A stretch of DNA of 62,702 nt, counting the filler, from Deltaproteobacteria bacterium (GTDB lineage: Bacteria; JAUYMQ01), in assembly GCA_030698575.1 (NCBI GenBank). It is 13 parts of 13 records of this genome, joined end to end, with 100 filler letters (N's around TTAATTAATTAA, not from the genome) between each part and the next. Parts side by side here need not be neighbours in the genome. Positions count along the whole stretch, not along the records: positions 23,742 to 27,195 come from JAUYMQ010000569.1; positions 27,296 to 29,862 come from JAUYMQ010000575.1; positions 29,963 to 32,702 come from JAUYMQ010000517.1; positions 32,803 to 39,170 come from JAUYMQ010000596.1; 9 more parts are not named here. The stretch is one strand, 5' to 3'. Within the stretch, counting starts at the first letter, position 1. Each line of letters starts with the position of its first letter. Shown piece by piece: positions 26,660-35,981 of the stretch. A program made the translations under genes and the position numbers. A model generated the notes under the pieces. That model saw nothing but the letters and a program-made list of their open reading frames with translations. It was not told the DNA's origin and searched no databases.

Positions 26660-26899
26660 TTAGTGCATCCCTTCGGCGACTGGTTTCCAATGCGTGGGGC
26701 CACCCTCTCCCTCGCGCCATGTGTAGCCCCCGTCAGATGCGGTCCACATACCGACCACGCCGGGTGCGAACAGTTCGTTCCGCATGGCATGAGACCACTG
26801 CATCGGGTGAACCTCGAACAACTCGCCGCTGTCCTCTATGGCCGTCAAGAGTATGGTTGTTCCATCGCGGGGCGCGGTGTCGATAGTTCTCCAGTCCAT
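26660..26899 (-). CDS. DUF551-like phage protein
   Basis: MDWRTIDTAPRDGT...PTHWKP signature; AGGAG RBS. Confidence 0.7.
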   Translation of the reverse strand: MDWRTIDTAPRDGTTILLTAIEDSGELFEVHPMQWSHAMRNELFAPGVVGMWTASDGGYTWREGEGGPTHWKPVAEGMH

Positions 26900-27068
26900 T
26901 GCGGTTCTCCTGAAGTAGTCGCTGGCGAGGCCGGTTCGCGACTCCCGGCAATTGGGGCCTACGGCTCCCTTGGTCAAGTGGTTAGCAGGACCGCATTCCA
27001 CGCCGCTCGCCAGCCCGCAAACCATACCCTCACCGTCCCCCTGCATCAAGGCATAGTCAGGAACCGAC

Positions 27069-27195
27069 ATGGCTTTGACTAACGGAAACGGCAAACGCCT
27101 TGAGCTCTTTGCCGAAAACTCGTGGGCGAAGATCGTTGCCCGCTACATCATGCCCGTGCTGCTCGCCGTCGCCGGCTTTCTCGCCGTGCAGGCAT
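27069..27195 (+). CDS. Membrane protein, 3'-truncated
   Basis: AGGA RBS; TM segment at the contig end. Confidence 0.45.
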
Positions 27196-27295
27196 NNNNN
27201 NNNNNNNNNNNNNNNNNNNNNNNNNNNNNNNNNNNNNNNTTAATTAATTAANNNNNNNNNNNNNNNNNNNNNNNNNNNNNNNNNNNNNNNNNNNN

Positions 27296-27564
27296 TCACC
27301 CAGCGCCGTCTGCAAGGTCTTGGGCCGTCGCCCCGCGTACCGGGCCGCCTGTCCGCAGGGGCACGGCAAGGTCGGCCCCGGGTGATCGGACGTGTCGGTG
27401 TTGAGCCGGCGCTCCACGGCCCGCGCCGCCACCTGCAGGGCCCGCCGCCGCGCCGCCGTCTCGATGGCCTCGAAGTCCACCCCATCCAGGGCGCCCGGGC
27501 CTACGAGCGCTTCGATCTCGGCGACGACTTCCGCGTCGAAGGCTTCTTGGAGCCCCTTTTTGGG
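27296..27564 (-). CDS. ISKra4 transposase N-terminus (truncated)
   Basis: DFEAIETAARRRAL...LNTDTSDH...CPCGQAARYAGRRPKT..TALG. Confidence 0.75.
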
Positions 27565-27914
27565 GCGGCCCCTTGCGAGGCCGCCGCGGGTGCCTCGAGC
27601 TGGGCGTTGGCCCACTGCTCGCAGGCCTCCCAGTAGGCTTGCACCTGCCTGCGGAACTGCTGGCCGGCCTCGACCTGCCGGCGCAGCGTGGCCACTTGGT
27701 CCGGCGACACCCAGCGCGACTGCGTCTTGCCGGCCACGACGCGGACCACGCTCACATAAGGGCCATGGCGCGCGTCGGTGCGGGCGGCACAGGAGCAGCC
27801 CGGCTTGTTGCATTTGACGTAGCGGGCCGAGACAGAGCCTCGGCGCATGGGCCTGGGCTCGGCGAGTTGCCGAGCCAGGTCTCGCACAGGGGCGGGAACG
27901 TCGAGATTGGGCAT
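27501..27914 (-). CDS. IS accessory ORF (DUF6788-like)
   Basis: AAGGAGG RBS; MRRGSV..YVKCNKPGCSC...HGPY. Confidence 0.75.
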   Translation of the reverse strand: MPNLDVPAPVRDLARQLAEPRPMRRGSVSARYVKCNKPGCSCAARTDARHGPYVSVVRVVAGKTQSRWVSPDQVATLRRQVEAGQQFRRQVQAYWEACEQWANAQLEAPAAASQGAAPKRGSKKPSTRKSSPRSKRS

Positions 27915-28087
27915 ATGGCCTCCTTGCGACTATAATACTCGCAAGACATCCGGATCGCAACCTCGGTCACATCGCGCCCCCACAATGGTGTCGTGCACCC
28001 CTGGGTCAGATTCAGATTGACAGACGGCATGCCGGGCTATATGAAGGAAGCACGAATCTACCCCCAACCGATGTAGAGAGGTGACCC

Positions 28088-29862
28088 GTGAGGGGCCGCG
28101 CGCCTTCTGCTCCCGGTGCCCCTGAGATTCACCGGCGGTTACCCCTGACGAATTCATCCACCCCTTCAAGGCGAGATTCTCGGAGACGCGGCTGGAACGA
28201 CTCGTGGAGCGTATTCAGGCTGGGGGCCAGGACGGCACTTGCGGCGTTGATCTCGACGCTTGTGGGGGTCCTGACCCTTCCGGCAACGCCTCCTCATACC
28301 CGGGACCTGACGATTGAGGATCGCCTCAGGGCCCAGGAGGCGATCGAGCGTGTCTACTACTCCCACCAGGTAGGGGCGACCCGTCCCTTCGAGGAGATCG
28401 TCCCCCAGGAGATTCTCGAAAGGAAGGTTCGGACCTACCTCAAGCAGACCGTGGCGCTGGAGAAGTTGTGGAAGACGCCGATCACGGCCGAAGCGCTTCA
28501 AAGAGAGCTGGAACGCATCGCCGCGAACACGCGCTTCCCGGAGCGCCTCGAGGAAATCTACGGGGCGCTCGGTGATGACCCGATCGTGATCCAGGAATGC
28601 TTCGTCCGTCCCGTTCTGGTCGACCGCGTGACGCGCAGTTTCTTCGCCTCGGACCAAGAAATCCATGCGGAGGCCCGGCTGGAGGCTGAGACCCTGCTCC
28701 ACGGGCTTTTGACCGGCACTGTCCGGGTCGCCGATGAACATCCAGACCGCCAGATCCTGAATCTGGTCCGGCGTGACAACCCCGGGGTACTGGAGGAGCA
28801 CGCCCCGTCCTCGGCGACCGCTCGTGGGGGATCCGATCCTCAGCGACGCCCGGTCGTTCTTGAGCCCGAGGAGTTCGAGCGCTGGCGGGCGCGGGCGGCT
28901 GGGAAGGTCGGGGAGATCGGTCCGGTCAGAGAGCAGCCCGGCGCCTATGTGGTGAGCGTTGCCCTTGAGGAGACAACCGACGGAGCGCGGCTGGCGGTTT
29001 ACACGGTCCCGAAGACCGAGTACGAGGCTTGGTGGGAAGGAGTCGCGGATCGATTTGACGAATCGTCCGTCAAGGCGAGTGCGGTGCTCCTGTCACTGCT
29101 CCCCGAACCTGCCGCCGGAAACGGGTGGAAGTCGGACGGTGGCCCGGGACACATGGCGACCGCGGACCGGGTGGGTTCCGTGTCCGCGACTTGCGTTCCC
29201 GACGACACCTGGGACAACGGCATCCTGGACGATCTTCCGCTCCCGCGCTCCTACCACACCGCGGTCTGGACGGGCAGTCTCATGATCGTGTGGGGTGGTC
29301 TCACAGAGGACGGCCAGAATACGGGTGCCCGTTACGATCCACTCACGGACACATGGGCAGCGACCATGAGGATCAACGCGCCCGCGGCCCACTTCATGCA
29401 CACGGCAGTCTGGACGGGTGAGGTGATGGTCATTTGGGGTGGGCTTGGATCGGGTACTCCGGCAACCGGCGGGCTTTACGACCCCCTGGCGGATTCCTGG
29501 GCGCCCACATCCACACTGGGAGCGCCGCCGGGGCGGGACTCCTACTCAGCGGTCTGGACCGGGAACGAAATGATCGTCTGGAGCGGGACACCAGACAACG
29601 CGGGTGGCCGGTACAACCCTGCGTCCAATAGCTGGACCGCGACGTCCACCACGGGCGCGCCGTCGGGACGTAATTACCATGCCGCGGTATGGACCGGAAG
29701 TCAGATGATCGTCTGGGGTGGATGGGATTCCTTCGCAGCTTTGAACACAGGAGGTCGTTACGACCCCGTGACGAACATCTGGGCACCGATGTCGACAACC
29801 AGCGCCCCCGAGGCCCGCTTCTGGCACTCAGCAATATGGACAGGCAGTCGGATGATCGTCTG
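28088..29862 (+). CDS. Secreted Kelch-repeat protein (3'-truncated)
   Basis: Repeats of R..HTAVWTG..MIVWGG...GGRYDP..D.W; start uncertain. Confidence 0.85.
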
Positions 29863-29973
29863 NNNNNNNNNNNNNNNNNNNNNNNNNNNNNNNNNNNNNN
29901 NNNNNNTTAATTAATTAANNNNNNNNNNNNNNNNNNNNNNNNNNNNNNNNNNNNNNNNNNNNGGTGTTTGATC

Positions 29974-30318
29974 ATGGACTATGAAGTATGGCCGCCCCAA
30001 GGGGTTGATCTGCAGCGTGTGACGGCGGCGAAACTGCAGCTAGGCAGCCAAACCCGTATCACGATCACGTGCGTAAACGTGAGCACGGACTATGCCGGCG
30101 CGACGGCGATCCCGGCCTGGGCGCGTTACATCATGGTCTACGCGGCGAACGATTTCATCGTCGCAGTCGATGAGGCAACCACCGCGGCTATTGGCGCCGC
30201 GATGCCAGCCGCGACACCACAGGTGTTTCCGATAGCCTTTGGCTCCGGCGACTCCAAGGTGCACGCGCAAAGCCCGGTGGCAGGAACTATTGTCAACGTT
30301 TCGTACCTGAGAGACTGA
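29974..30318 (+). CDS. Small beta-rich virion-like protein
   Basis: 114 aa, alternating beta-strand pattern; first gene of a tightly packed operon. Confidence 0.5.
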   Translation: MDYEVWPPQGVDLQRVTAAKLQLGSQTRITITCVNVSTDYAGATAIPAWARYIMVYAANDFIVAVDEATTAAIGAAMPAATPQVFPIAFGSGDSKVHAQSPVAGTIVNVSYLRD

Positions 30319-30319
30319 C

Positions 30320-31507
30320 ATGGCGATGGGTTGGTTCTACGCGACGGGCGATGATGGCTCAGGACATAAAGTCTTTACGCTCAATCTGGACGGCAGCGTG
30401 CGCAATGCCTCGCCCGCCTATGGCTGGCTTTTGTGCGTGATCTGCGCCCCGGGCAACCAGAACATCGCCGTCGGGTACAGCGGCAACCAAGGCTTCAACG
30501 ATGCCCTGAATTACATCCTGACGCTCGATGGCGGCGTAACATGGTCGGCGCCCGTGAGCCTCACGCATACAGTCCTGCCGACCGACGCCATGATGCACCC
30601 GGCAATCTCGACCGACGGCCTATGGATACTGTTCGAGACCGCCGGGAAGGACGGCGGCGTACTATGCTCACCCAGGGGGACATTGCACCGGCTCAACACC
30701 ACGACCGGCGTTCTGGAGTCGATCTGGTATCAGATACCTAGCGCTGGCGGGCATACATTCGACGCGGGCGCCCTGCTTGGCCACGGCGCGAATGTCGCGT
30801 GGCTGAATGGCAAGTGGCTCTGCCGCACAGCGAGATGCCAAGCTGGCATGATGTGCCCGGATGCGTGGGGCACTACCGAAATCCGAACGGTGTCGAACGA
30901 CGGCCTGTTTACACTAGCGGACATCGGTCCCTGCTCAGGTCAATTCGCGGGTGCTCAAAATATCCTGCAAGCGATAAGCTTCGGGATCGACAGCTTAGGT
31001 GTGAGCTGCTGGATGGGCGGCGGCAGCAGCGGCATCGCCAGCAAGGATGGCACAGGTGTCTACTGGAACGGTGTGAATAACCGTTTTTGGGGGCGCCCCC
31101 CCTCGGCCGCGGCGGGAGCTTGCTATGGCGCCGTCCTCCTATCGAACGGCCATACGTTTCATATATTCAAGACGGCGTTTAGCACTGTCACATTTTACAA
31201 GACGACCGATCAAGGGGTATCGACAACTGTGGTAGATACGGGGGCAGGCGCTGGCTCCGCGGGGGCGCTCTGCAATCATCCTCAAGACGGCCTAACCAAG
31301 TTCATTATGTGGCAAAGCTTCGCCTGGAACGGAGCTGGAGCGAACAGGATAACGATTAGGCGAGTAAGCGACTATGGGCTGATTGCCGACATATCAGGAC
31401 TCGTCCCGCTCGGCTTCAGCCACAACATGGCCGCCGGGCTTGCCGAGGCGTTTGTGCCCCGCCAGCGCTTCTCGGCGATGACGATGCGGCGGTCGCACGG
31501 GTTATAG
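30320..31507 (+). CDS. Beta-propeller (BNR/Asp-box) spike or receptor-binding-like protein
   Basis: TLDGGVTWS and KTTDQG Asp-box-like motifs; Gly/Cys/Trp-rich. Confidence 0.5.
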   Translation: MAMGWFYATGDDGSGHKVFTLNLDGSVRNASPAYGWLLCVICAPGNQNIAVGYSGNQGFNDALNYILTLDGGVTWSAPVSLTHTVLPTDAMMHPAISTDGLWILFETAGKDGGVLCSPRGTLHRLNTTTGVLESIWYQIPSAGGHTFDAGALLGHGANVAWLNGKWLCRTARCQAGMMCPDAWGTTEIRTVSNDGLFTLADIGPCSGQFAGAQNILQAISFGIDSLGVSCWMGGGSSGIASKDGTGVYWNGVNNRFWGRPPSAAAGACYGAVLLSNGHTFHIFKTAFSTVTFYKTTDQGVSTTVVDTGAGAGSAGALCNHPQDGLTKFIMWQSFAWNGAGANRITIRRVSDYGLIADISGLVPLGFSHNMAAGLAEAFVPRQRFSAMTMRRSHGL

Positions 31508-31524
31508 GAGAAGGAGGTAGACCA

Positions 31525-31947
31525 ATGGCCTGTTCACCAAGTGGCCAAGCGTACAATGAGCTGTATTACTCGGCACTCACCGGCTACGGCTGGCGCTACG
31601 TGCAGCCGTGTGCCGATGGCAGCTTCAGCGCCACCGTGATCCCGAAGTCGCAGTATGCGGCTTACAACATCACGCCAGAGAGCGTCACCAGCTACATGCA
31701 GTCGCAGAACTACTCCCTGGCCGACCAGCAGAAGGTGCTCAGCGCGCTCTTCGGCACGACCACGGTGCCGCCAGGCACGTTGCCGCCCGCCACGCAGCCG
31801 CCGGTTGGTAGTGCGCCACCGACGAGTGAGTTCGGGTTCGTGACGAACTTCGTGCAGGAGCACCCGTTCATCACGATGGGCGTCGTCGGCACCGTGGTGT
31901 ACTTCCTTGTCGTCAAGTCGAAGCCTTTCGGCTTCGGGAACAGGTAA
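31525..31947 (+). CDS. C-terminally anchored membrane protein
   Basis: AAGGAGG RBS; Pro/Thr linker, SEFG..T.F..EHP, then TM. Confidence 0.65.
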   Translation: MACSPSGQAYNELYYSALTGYGWRYVQPCADGSFSATVIPKSQYAAYNITPESVTSYMQSQNYSLADQQKVLSALFGTTTVPPGTLPPATQPPVGSAPPTSEFGFVTNFVQEHPFITMGVVGTVVYFLVVKSKPFGFGNR

Positions 31948-31950
31948 GGG

Positions 31951-32334
31951 ATGGGCGAGATGACTGAATCCGAAGCAGCACTGATCGTCTCGCAGCGCCG
32001 GCCTGATCTCTGCCGCCTGATCCCGGGCTGGTCGAACAACCTATACAACTGCTCGACACCGGCGAACGCGATCCTACTCGTGACTCACTGGTGGAACGCG
32101 ATGTCGCCGCCAGAGAAGGGGCAGTACGGCACACTCGTCGCCTACGTCACGGCCATGGGCTGGACGAGCGGTGGCACGACGACGCCCCCGCCGGGCGGCA
32201 CGACTGGTGGCAGTGAGTTCGGCGCCGTGACCGGCTTCATGACGGAGCACCCGATCATCACGCTCGCACTGGTGGGCATCGGGCTGTTCATGTTGCTGGG
32301 CCGGCCGAAGCATGTCGGCTTCGAGAATAAATGA
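31951..32334 (+). CDS. C-terminally anchored membrane protein (shares anchor module with the previous gene)
   Basis: SEFGAVTGFMTEHPIIT plus TM. Confidence 0.65.
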   Translation: MGEMTESEAALIVSQRRPDLCRLIPGWSNNLYNCSTPANAILLVTHWWNAMSPPEKGQYGTLVAYVTAMGWTSGGTTTPPPGGTTGGSEFGAVTGFMTEHPIITLALVGIGLFMLLGRPKHVGFENK

Positions 32335-32344
32335 GGGGTAAGTG

Positions 32345-32702
32345 ATGGCCGCTGTCACTCTGATCGCATCGGGCCAGAACCCCGCCGACCTGGCGTACCT
32401 GAACAACTACGATGGGTACTTCGCCGAGGGGGATTACCAGGAGCTCAAGATCAACTTCCTCCTGCCCCTCGCCGCGGATGTGGCCGGCTGGTTTTCGCAG
32501 GGGCTGATCGACCACGGTGTGACGGAGTGGTACGCAGTCACGGTGAGCGGCTCGATACTCACGCTACGCAGTAGGATGGGCAACCCGTTCCCGTTCTTGA
32601 TTGTCGGAGCCGTGCTCGCCACACTCGCGTTGGTAGCGATCATAGGATGGGAATTGTGGAGGATCGTCGAGATCGCCCCGGCGACGGCAACGCTACTGGC
32701 GC
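32345..32702 (+). CDS. Membrane protein (3'-truncated)
   Basis: GAGG RBS; NPFPFLIVGAVLATLALVAIIGW TM. Confidence 0.55.
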
Positions 32703-32802
32703 NNNNNNNNNNNNNNNNNNNNNNNNNNNNNNNNNNNNNNNNNNNNTTAATTAATTAANNNNNNNNNNNNNNNNNNNNNNNNNNNNNNNNNNNNNNNNNN
32801 NN

Positions 32803-33005
32803 GCGAGCTCCCGATACGGCCCCCATCGCTTGATCGGCGGCAGGTACTTGAGGAAGAGGAAATTGCCGGGGAAGGGCAGCGCCATCCGGCCCAGCCTGAG
32901 CCGGGTGAGCCCGTACACCTCGTGGCGCTTGGAGGCGGCCCCCACATCGTCCATGCGCAGCGCCATCGCCGACACGCTCACTCCGGCCCCCCCTCCCACG
33001 CTCAC
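32803..33005 (-). CDS. Polysaccharide-deacetylase-like protein (3'-truncated)
   Basis: ALRMDD motif; GTGA-coupled to the methyltransferase. Confidence 0.4.
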
Positions 33006-33835
33006 TTCCGCGCCAGGATCTCGATATGCGGGGAAATGCGGAAGAGCCGGTAGTAGGCGCGGATCACGGGCCAGAGCGGGCTCCCCGACTCCCGCGGGAG
33101 CGTCCCGGCAGCGGGGAGCGGGGCGATGCGCGCGCCCGCGTCCCGGAGCAGCCGCTCGAGCCTCCCGCGCAGGAGCGGCGTGAGCGTGTCGACGAAGCCC
33201 GGGGGCCGCCCCCTGAGCCGCAGGTACCAGCGCGCCAGGGCCCGCGGCATCCGTGGAAGCCAGAAGAGCTTGTAATGCCCCTCGTAACAGCCGAGCGCGT
33301 TGGGCGCGTGGAGATAGAGGGCGCCGCCCGGCCGGACCACCCGCACCATCTCCCGCACGGTGGCAGCCACGTCGGCGACATGCTCGAGAGTGGAGAAGCA
33401 GTACACGAGGTCGAAGGCTTCCGCGCTGAACGGCAGATGCTCGGCCGCCGCCAGGATCGCGACGCCCCCTCCCTCGGCCTCAGCCTTGAGCCGGCAGATC
33501 TCGACGGCCTCCGGCTCGGTGTCCACGCCCACCGCGGCGGCGCCAGCCCGCCGCGCCATCACGGTGAACCCCCCCGTGCCGCAGCCCACGTTCAGCACCG
33601 AGAGCCCGGTCACCGCGAGTCCGAGAGCCGCCTCGAGCCGATCCAGGCGCATCGCCTCGTGGGTCTCCTCGGCGAGGCGCGCCTCGACGAGCGCTGGCCA
33701 GTCGGGGATGCGCAGGGTGTCGCGGTAATAGCGGGTGTAGTACTCGCTGAGCCGGCGGCACACGCGCTCGGGCCACGCGCGCGGCGAGCCGGCGGCTGCC
33801 CTCGTCCCTTCCAGCGCCGGGCCGCCCGCGCTCAC
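33002..33835 (-). CDS. Class I SAM-dependent methyltransferase
   Basis: VLNVGCGTG, LPF..EAFDLV, RVVRPGG. Confidence 0.85.
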   Translation of the reverse strand: MSAGGPALEGTRAAAGSPRAWPERVCRRLSEYYTRYYRDTLRIPDWPALVEARLAEETHEAMRLDRLEAALGLAVTGLSVLNVGCGTGGFTVMARRAGAAAVGVDTEPEAVEICRLKAEAEGGGVAILAAAEHLPFSAEAFDLVYCFSTLEHVADVAATVREMVRVVRPGGALYLHAPNALGCYEGHYKLFWLPRMPRALARWYLRLRGRPPGFVDTLTPLLRGRLERLLRDAGARIAPLPAAGTLPRESGSPLWPVIRAYYRLFRISPHIEILARK

Positions 33836-34998
33836 GGCTCAAGCCGCGAGCGAAGCGCCTCCACCACGGTGCCCCTTTCCTCGGGCGTTATCCCCACGGA
33901 GCACGGCAGCGACAGCCCGCGGTCGTAGAGCCGGGTGGCGACGTCCACGCGATAGGCTTGCGCGGCCGCGAAAACCGGTTGCAGGTGCAGTGGGCGCCAG
34001 AGGGGCCGGGCCCCGATGCCGGCCGCGTTCAGCGCGCGCAGGAGCGCGCGCACATCGGGGCAGCGCCGCGGCTCCAGGAGCACCGAGGCCATCCAGTAGA
34101 TCGAGCGCGCCCAGGGGGCCTCGACGAATGGGCTCACGCCGTCGATGGCGCCAAGGGCCCGCTGGTAGAAGGCGGCCGTGGCGCGCTTTCGCTCGATGAA
34201 GCCGTCGAGCTGCTCGAGCTGGGCCACGCCGAGGGCCGCCTGGATATTGGTGAGGCGGTAGTTGAAGCCCATCACCTCGTGAATGTACTCGAGCGAGTCG
34301 GTGCGGGCCTGGGTGGTGAGCGCCCGCAGCCGGCCGGCCAGCGCCGCGTCGCCGGTCAGAACCATGCCGCCGCCGCCTGTCGTGATGATCTTGTTCCCGT
34401 TGAAGGACAGACAGGCGAGCCGCCCGTCGCCGCAGAGGCGACGGCCGCGATAGAAGGCGCCCAGCGCCTCGGCCGCGTCCTCGACGATCGCCAGCGGATA
34501 GCGGCCGGCCACCTCGATCAGCGGGTCGAGGTCGCATGGGTGGCCGTAGAGATGCACCGGCAGGAGGGCGCGCACCACGCGGCCGGTGGCGCGGTTGACG
34601 ATGCGTCCGGCCCTGGCAAGGCATTCCCGGGCGAGAAAGTCGGCCGTCTTCTGCGGATCCAACCCCCAGGAGACCTCCTCCGAGTCAAGGAATACCGGAT
34701 GCGCGCCGCAGTAGGCGACGGCATTGGCGGTGGCGATGAACGTCAGGCTGGGGACCAGCACCTCGTCGCCGGGCTCGACGCCGGCGGCCTTGAGCGCCAC
34801 GTGAAGCGCGGCCGTGCCGTTGACCGTCGCCACCGCATGGGGAGCGCCCACGTAGCGCGCCACCTCAACCTCGAAACGCTCGATGAACGGCCCGGCCGAG
34901 GAGACCCAGTTGGAGTCGAGGCACTCCTTCAGGTACTTCCACTCATTGCCCGCGAGATGGGGCACCGCATTGGGAATGTGGGGTGCGGGCGCGCTCAC
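33832..34998 (-). CDS. legC: LegC-family DegT/DnrJ PLP aminotransferase
   Basis: ECLDSNWVSS, NGTAALH, EDAAEALG, SFNGNKIITTGGGG. Confidence 0.8.
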   Translation of the reverse strand: MSAPAPHIPNAVPHLAGNEWKYLKECLDSNWVSSAGPFIERFEVEVARYVGAPHAVATVNGTAALHVALKAAGVEPGDEVLVPSLTFIATANAVAYCGAHPVFLDSEEVSWGLDPQKTADFLARECLARAGRIVNRATGRVVRALLPVHLYGHPCDLDPLIEVAGRYPLAIVEDAAEALGAFYRGRRLCGDGRLACLSFNGNKIITTGGGGMVLTGDAALAGRLRALTTQARTDSLEYIHEVMGFNYRLTNIQAALGVAQLEQLDGFIERKRATAAFYQRALGAIDGVSPFVEAPWARSIYWMASVLLEPRRCPDVRALLRALNAAGIGARPLWRPLHLQPVFAAAQAYRVDVATRLYDRGLSLPCSVGITPEERGTVVEALRSRLEP

Positions 34999-35981
34999 GG
35001 CCGGCGCCCTTCCCGCTCCCACCACGCGCGATACCAGGCGAAGGTCTCCCCGACCCCTGCCTCGAGCGACACCTTGGGGGCGAAGCCCGTGAGGGCGCGG
35101 AGCCGCGTCAGGTCGGGACAGCGGCGGTCCACCGAACCCGCCGGCGCGGGCAGGTGCTGGATGGCGGGCTCGAACCGGGTCTCCCGAAGGATGACTCGGA
35201 GGAGATTCTCCACGGTGGTCTCCTCGCCGTCGTTGCCGATGTTCACGATCCGGCCCCAGGCGGCCTCGAGCGCCACGAGGCGGGTCATGGCCTCCACGGC
35301 GTCCGACACATGGCAGAAGGCGCGGCGCTGCGCGGCGCCGTAAAGACGGAAGGGGTCCTCCCGCCTGATGGCGCGGAGGGACAGCTCCGGGATAACGTGG
35401 TCAGCGCCCATGCGCGGCCCGTAGACATTGTGGAAACGGCCGACCACGAAGGGGAGCCGGCGCGCCCGCGCGGCATGGATCACCGCGGCCTCGCCCAGGA
35501 TCTTGCTGGCGGCATAGGCAAAGCGCGGGGCGGCCACGTCGGGGACGGAGAGCGGCACGTCCTCCGGCGTGGGCACGGGCAATGCCCCCGCCGCGACGCC
35601 GCCCGCATACGTCTCGCTGGTGGAGGCGAAGAAGATCACCTCGCCGCGGCCGGGAAGCCAGTCGAGCACCTCCAGCACGGAGCGCGCGTTGACGCGGATC
35701 ACGCGCGCGGGATCGGTCTCGACGTTCCGGACCCCCACCACCGCCGCCAGCATGTACACCTGCTCCCACTGGCGCGGCAGCGCGTCCAGAGCGCCCGGGC
35801 GCGTGAGATCGGCCTCGACAAGAGCCACGTTCGGGCGGGCGCAGAGGGCCTGGAGCTCCTGGTCCCGGCGGCCCCGGGAGAGGTCATCGACCAGAGTCAG
35901 CGCATGCCCCTCCCCGGCCAGGCGCGAGGCCAGATGGTAGCCGATGAAGCCGGCGCCGCCCAGCACGAGGATCCTAGCCAT
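34995..35981 (-). CDS. NAD-dependent epimerase/dehydratase
   Basis: GGAGFIG, YAASK and FHNVYGP; start at MARILV (35981). Confidence 0.85.
   Translation of the reverse strand: MARILVLGGAGFIGYHLASRLAGEGHALTLVDDLSRGRRDQELQALCARPNVALVEADLTRPGALDALPRQWEQVYMLAAVVGVRNVETDPARVIRVNARSVLEVLDWLPGRGEVIFFASTSETYAGGVAAGALPVPTPEDVPLSVPDVAAPRFAYAASKILGEAAVIHAARARRLPFVVGRFHNVYGPRMGADHVIPELSLRAIRREDPFRLYGAAQRRAFCHVSDAVEAMTRLVALEAAWGRIVNIGNDGEETTVENLLRVILRETRFEPAIQHLPAPAGSVDRRCPDLTRLRALTGFAPKVSLEAGVGETFAWYRAWWEREGRRP

Larger units (their letters stand above)
27296..28000 (-). mobile_element. ISKra4-family insertion sequence, left end
   Basis: Terminal sequence GGGTGCACGACACCATTGTG (28000-27981), an accessory ORF and the transposase N-terminus. 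Confidence 0.75.

Noticed and set aside
28088-29862. Kelch repeats as a diversity-generating or repeat-array system
   Set aside because: Ordinary degenerate protein repeats; no reverse transcriptase or template/variable repeat pair.
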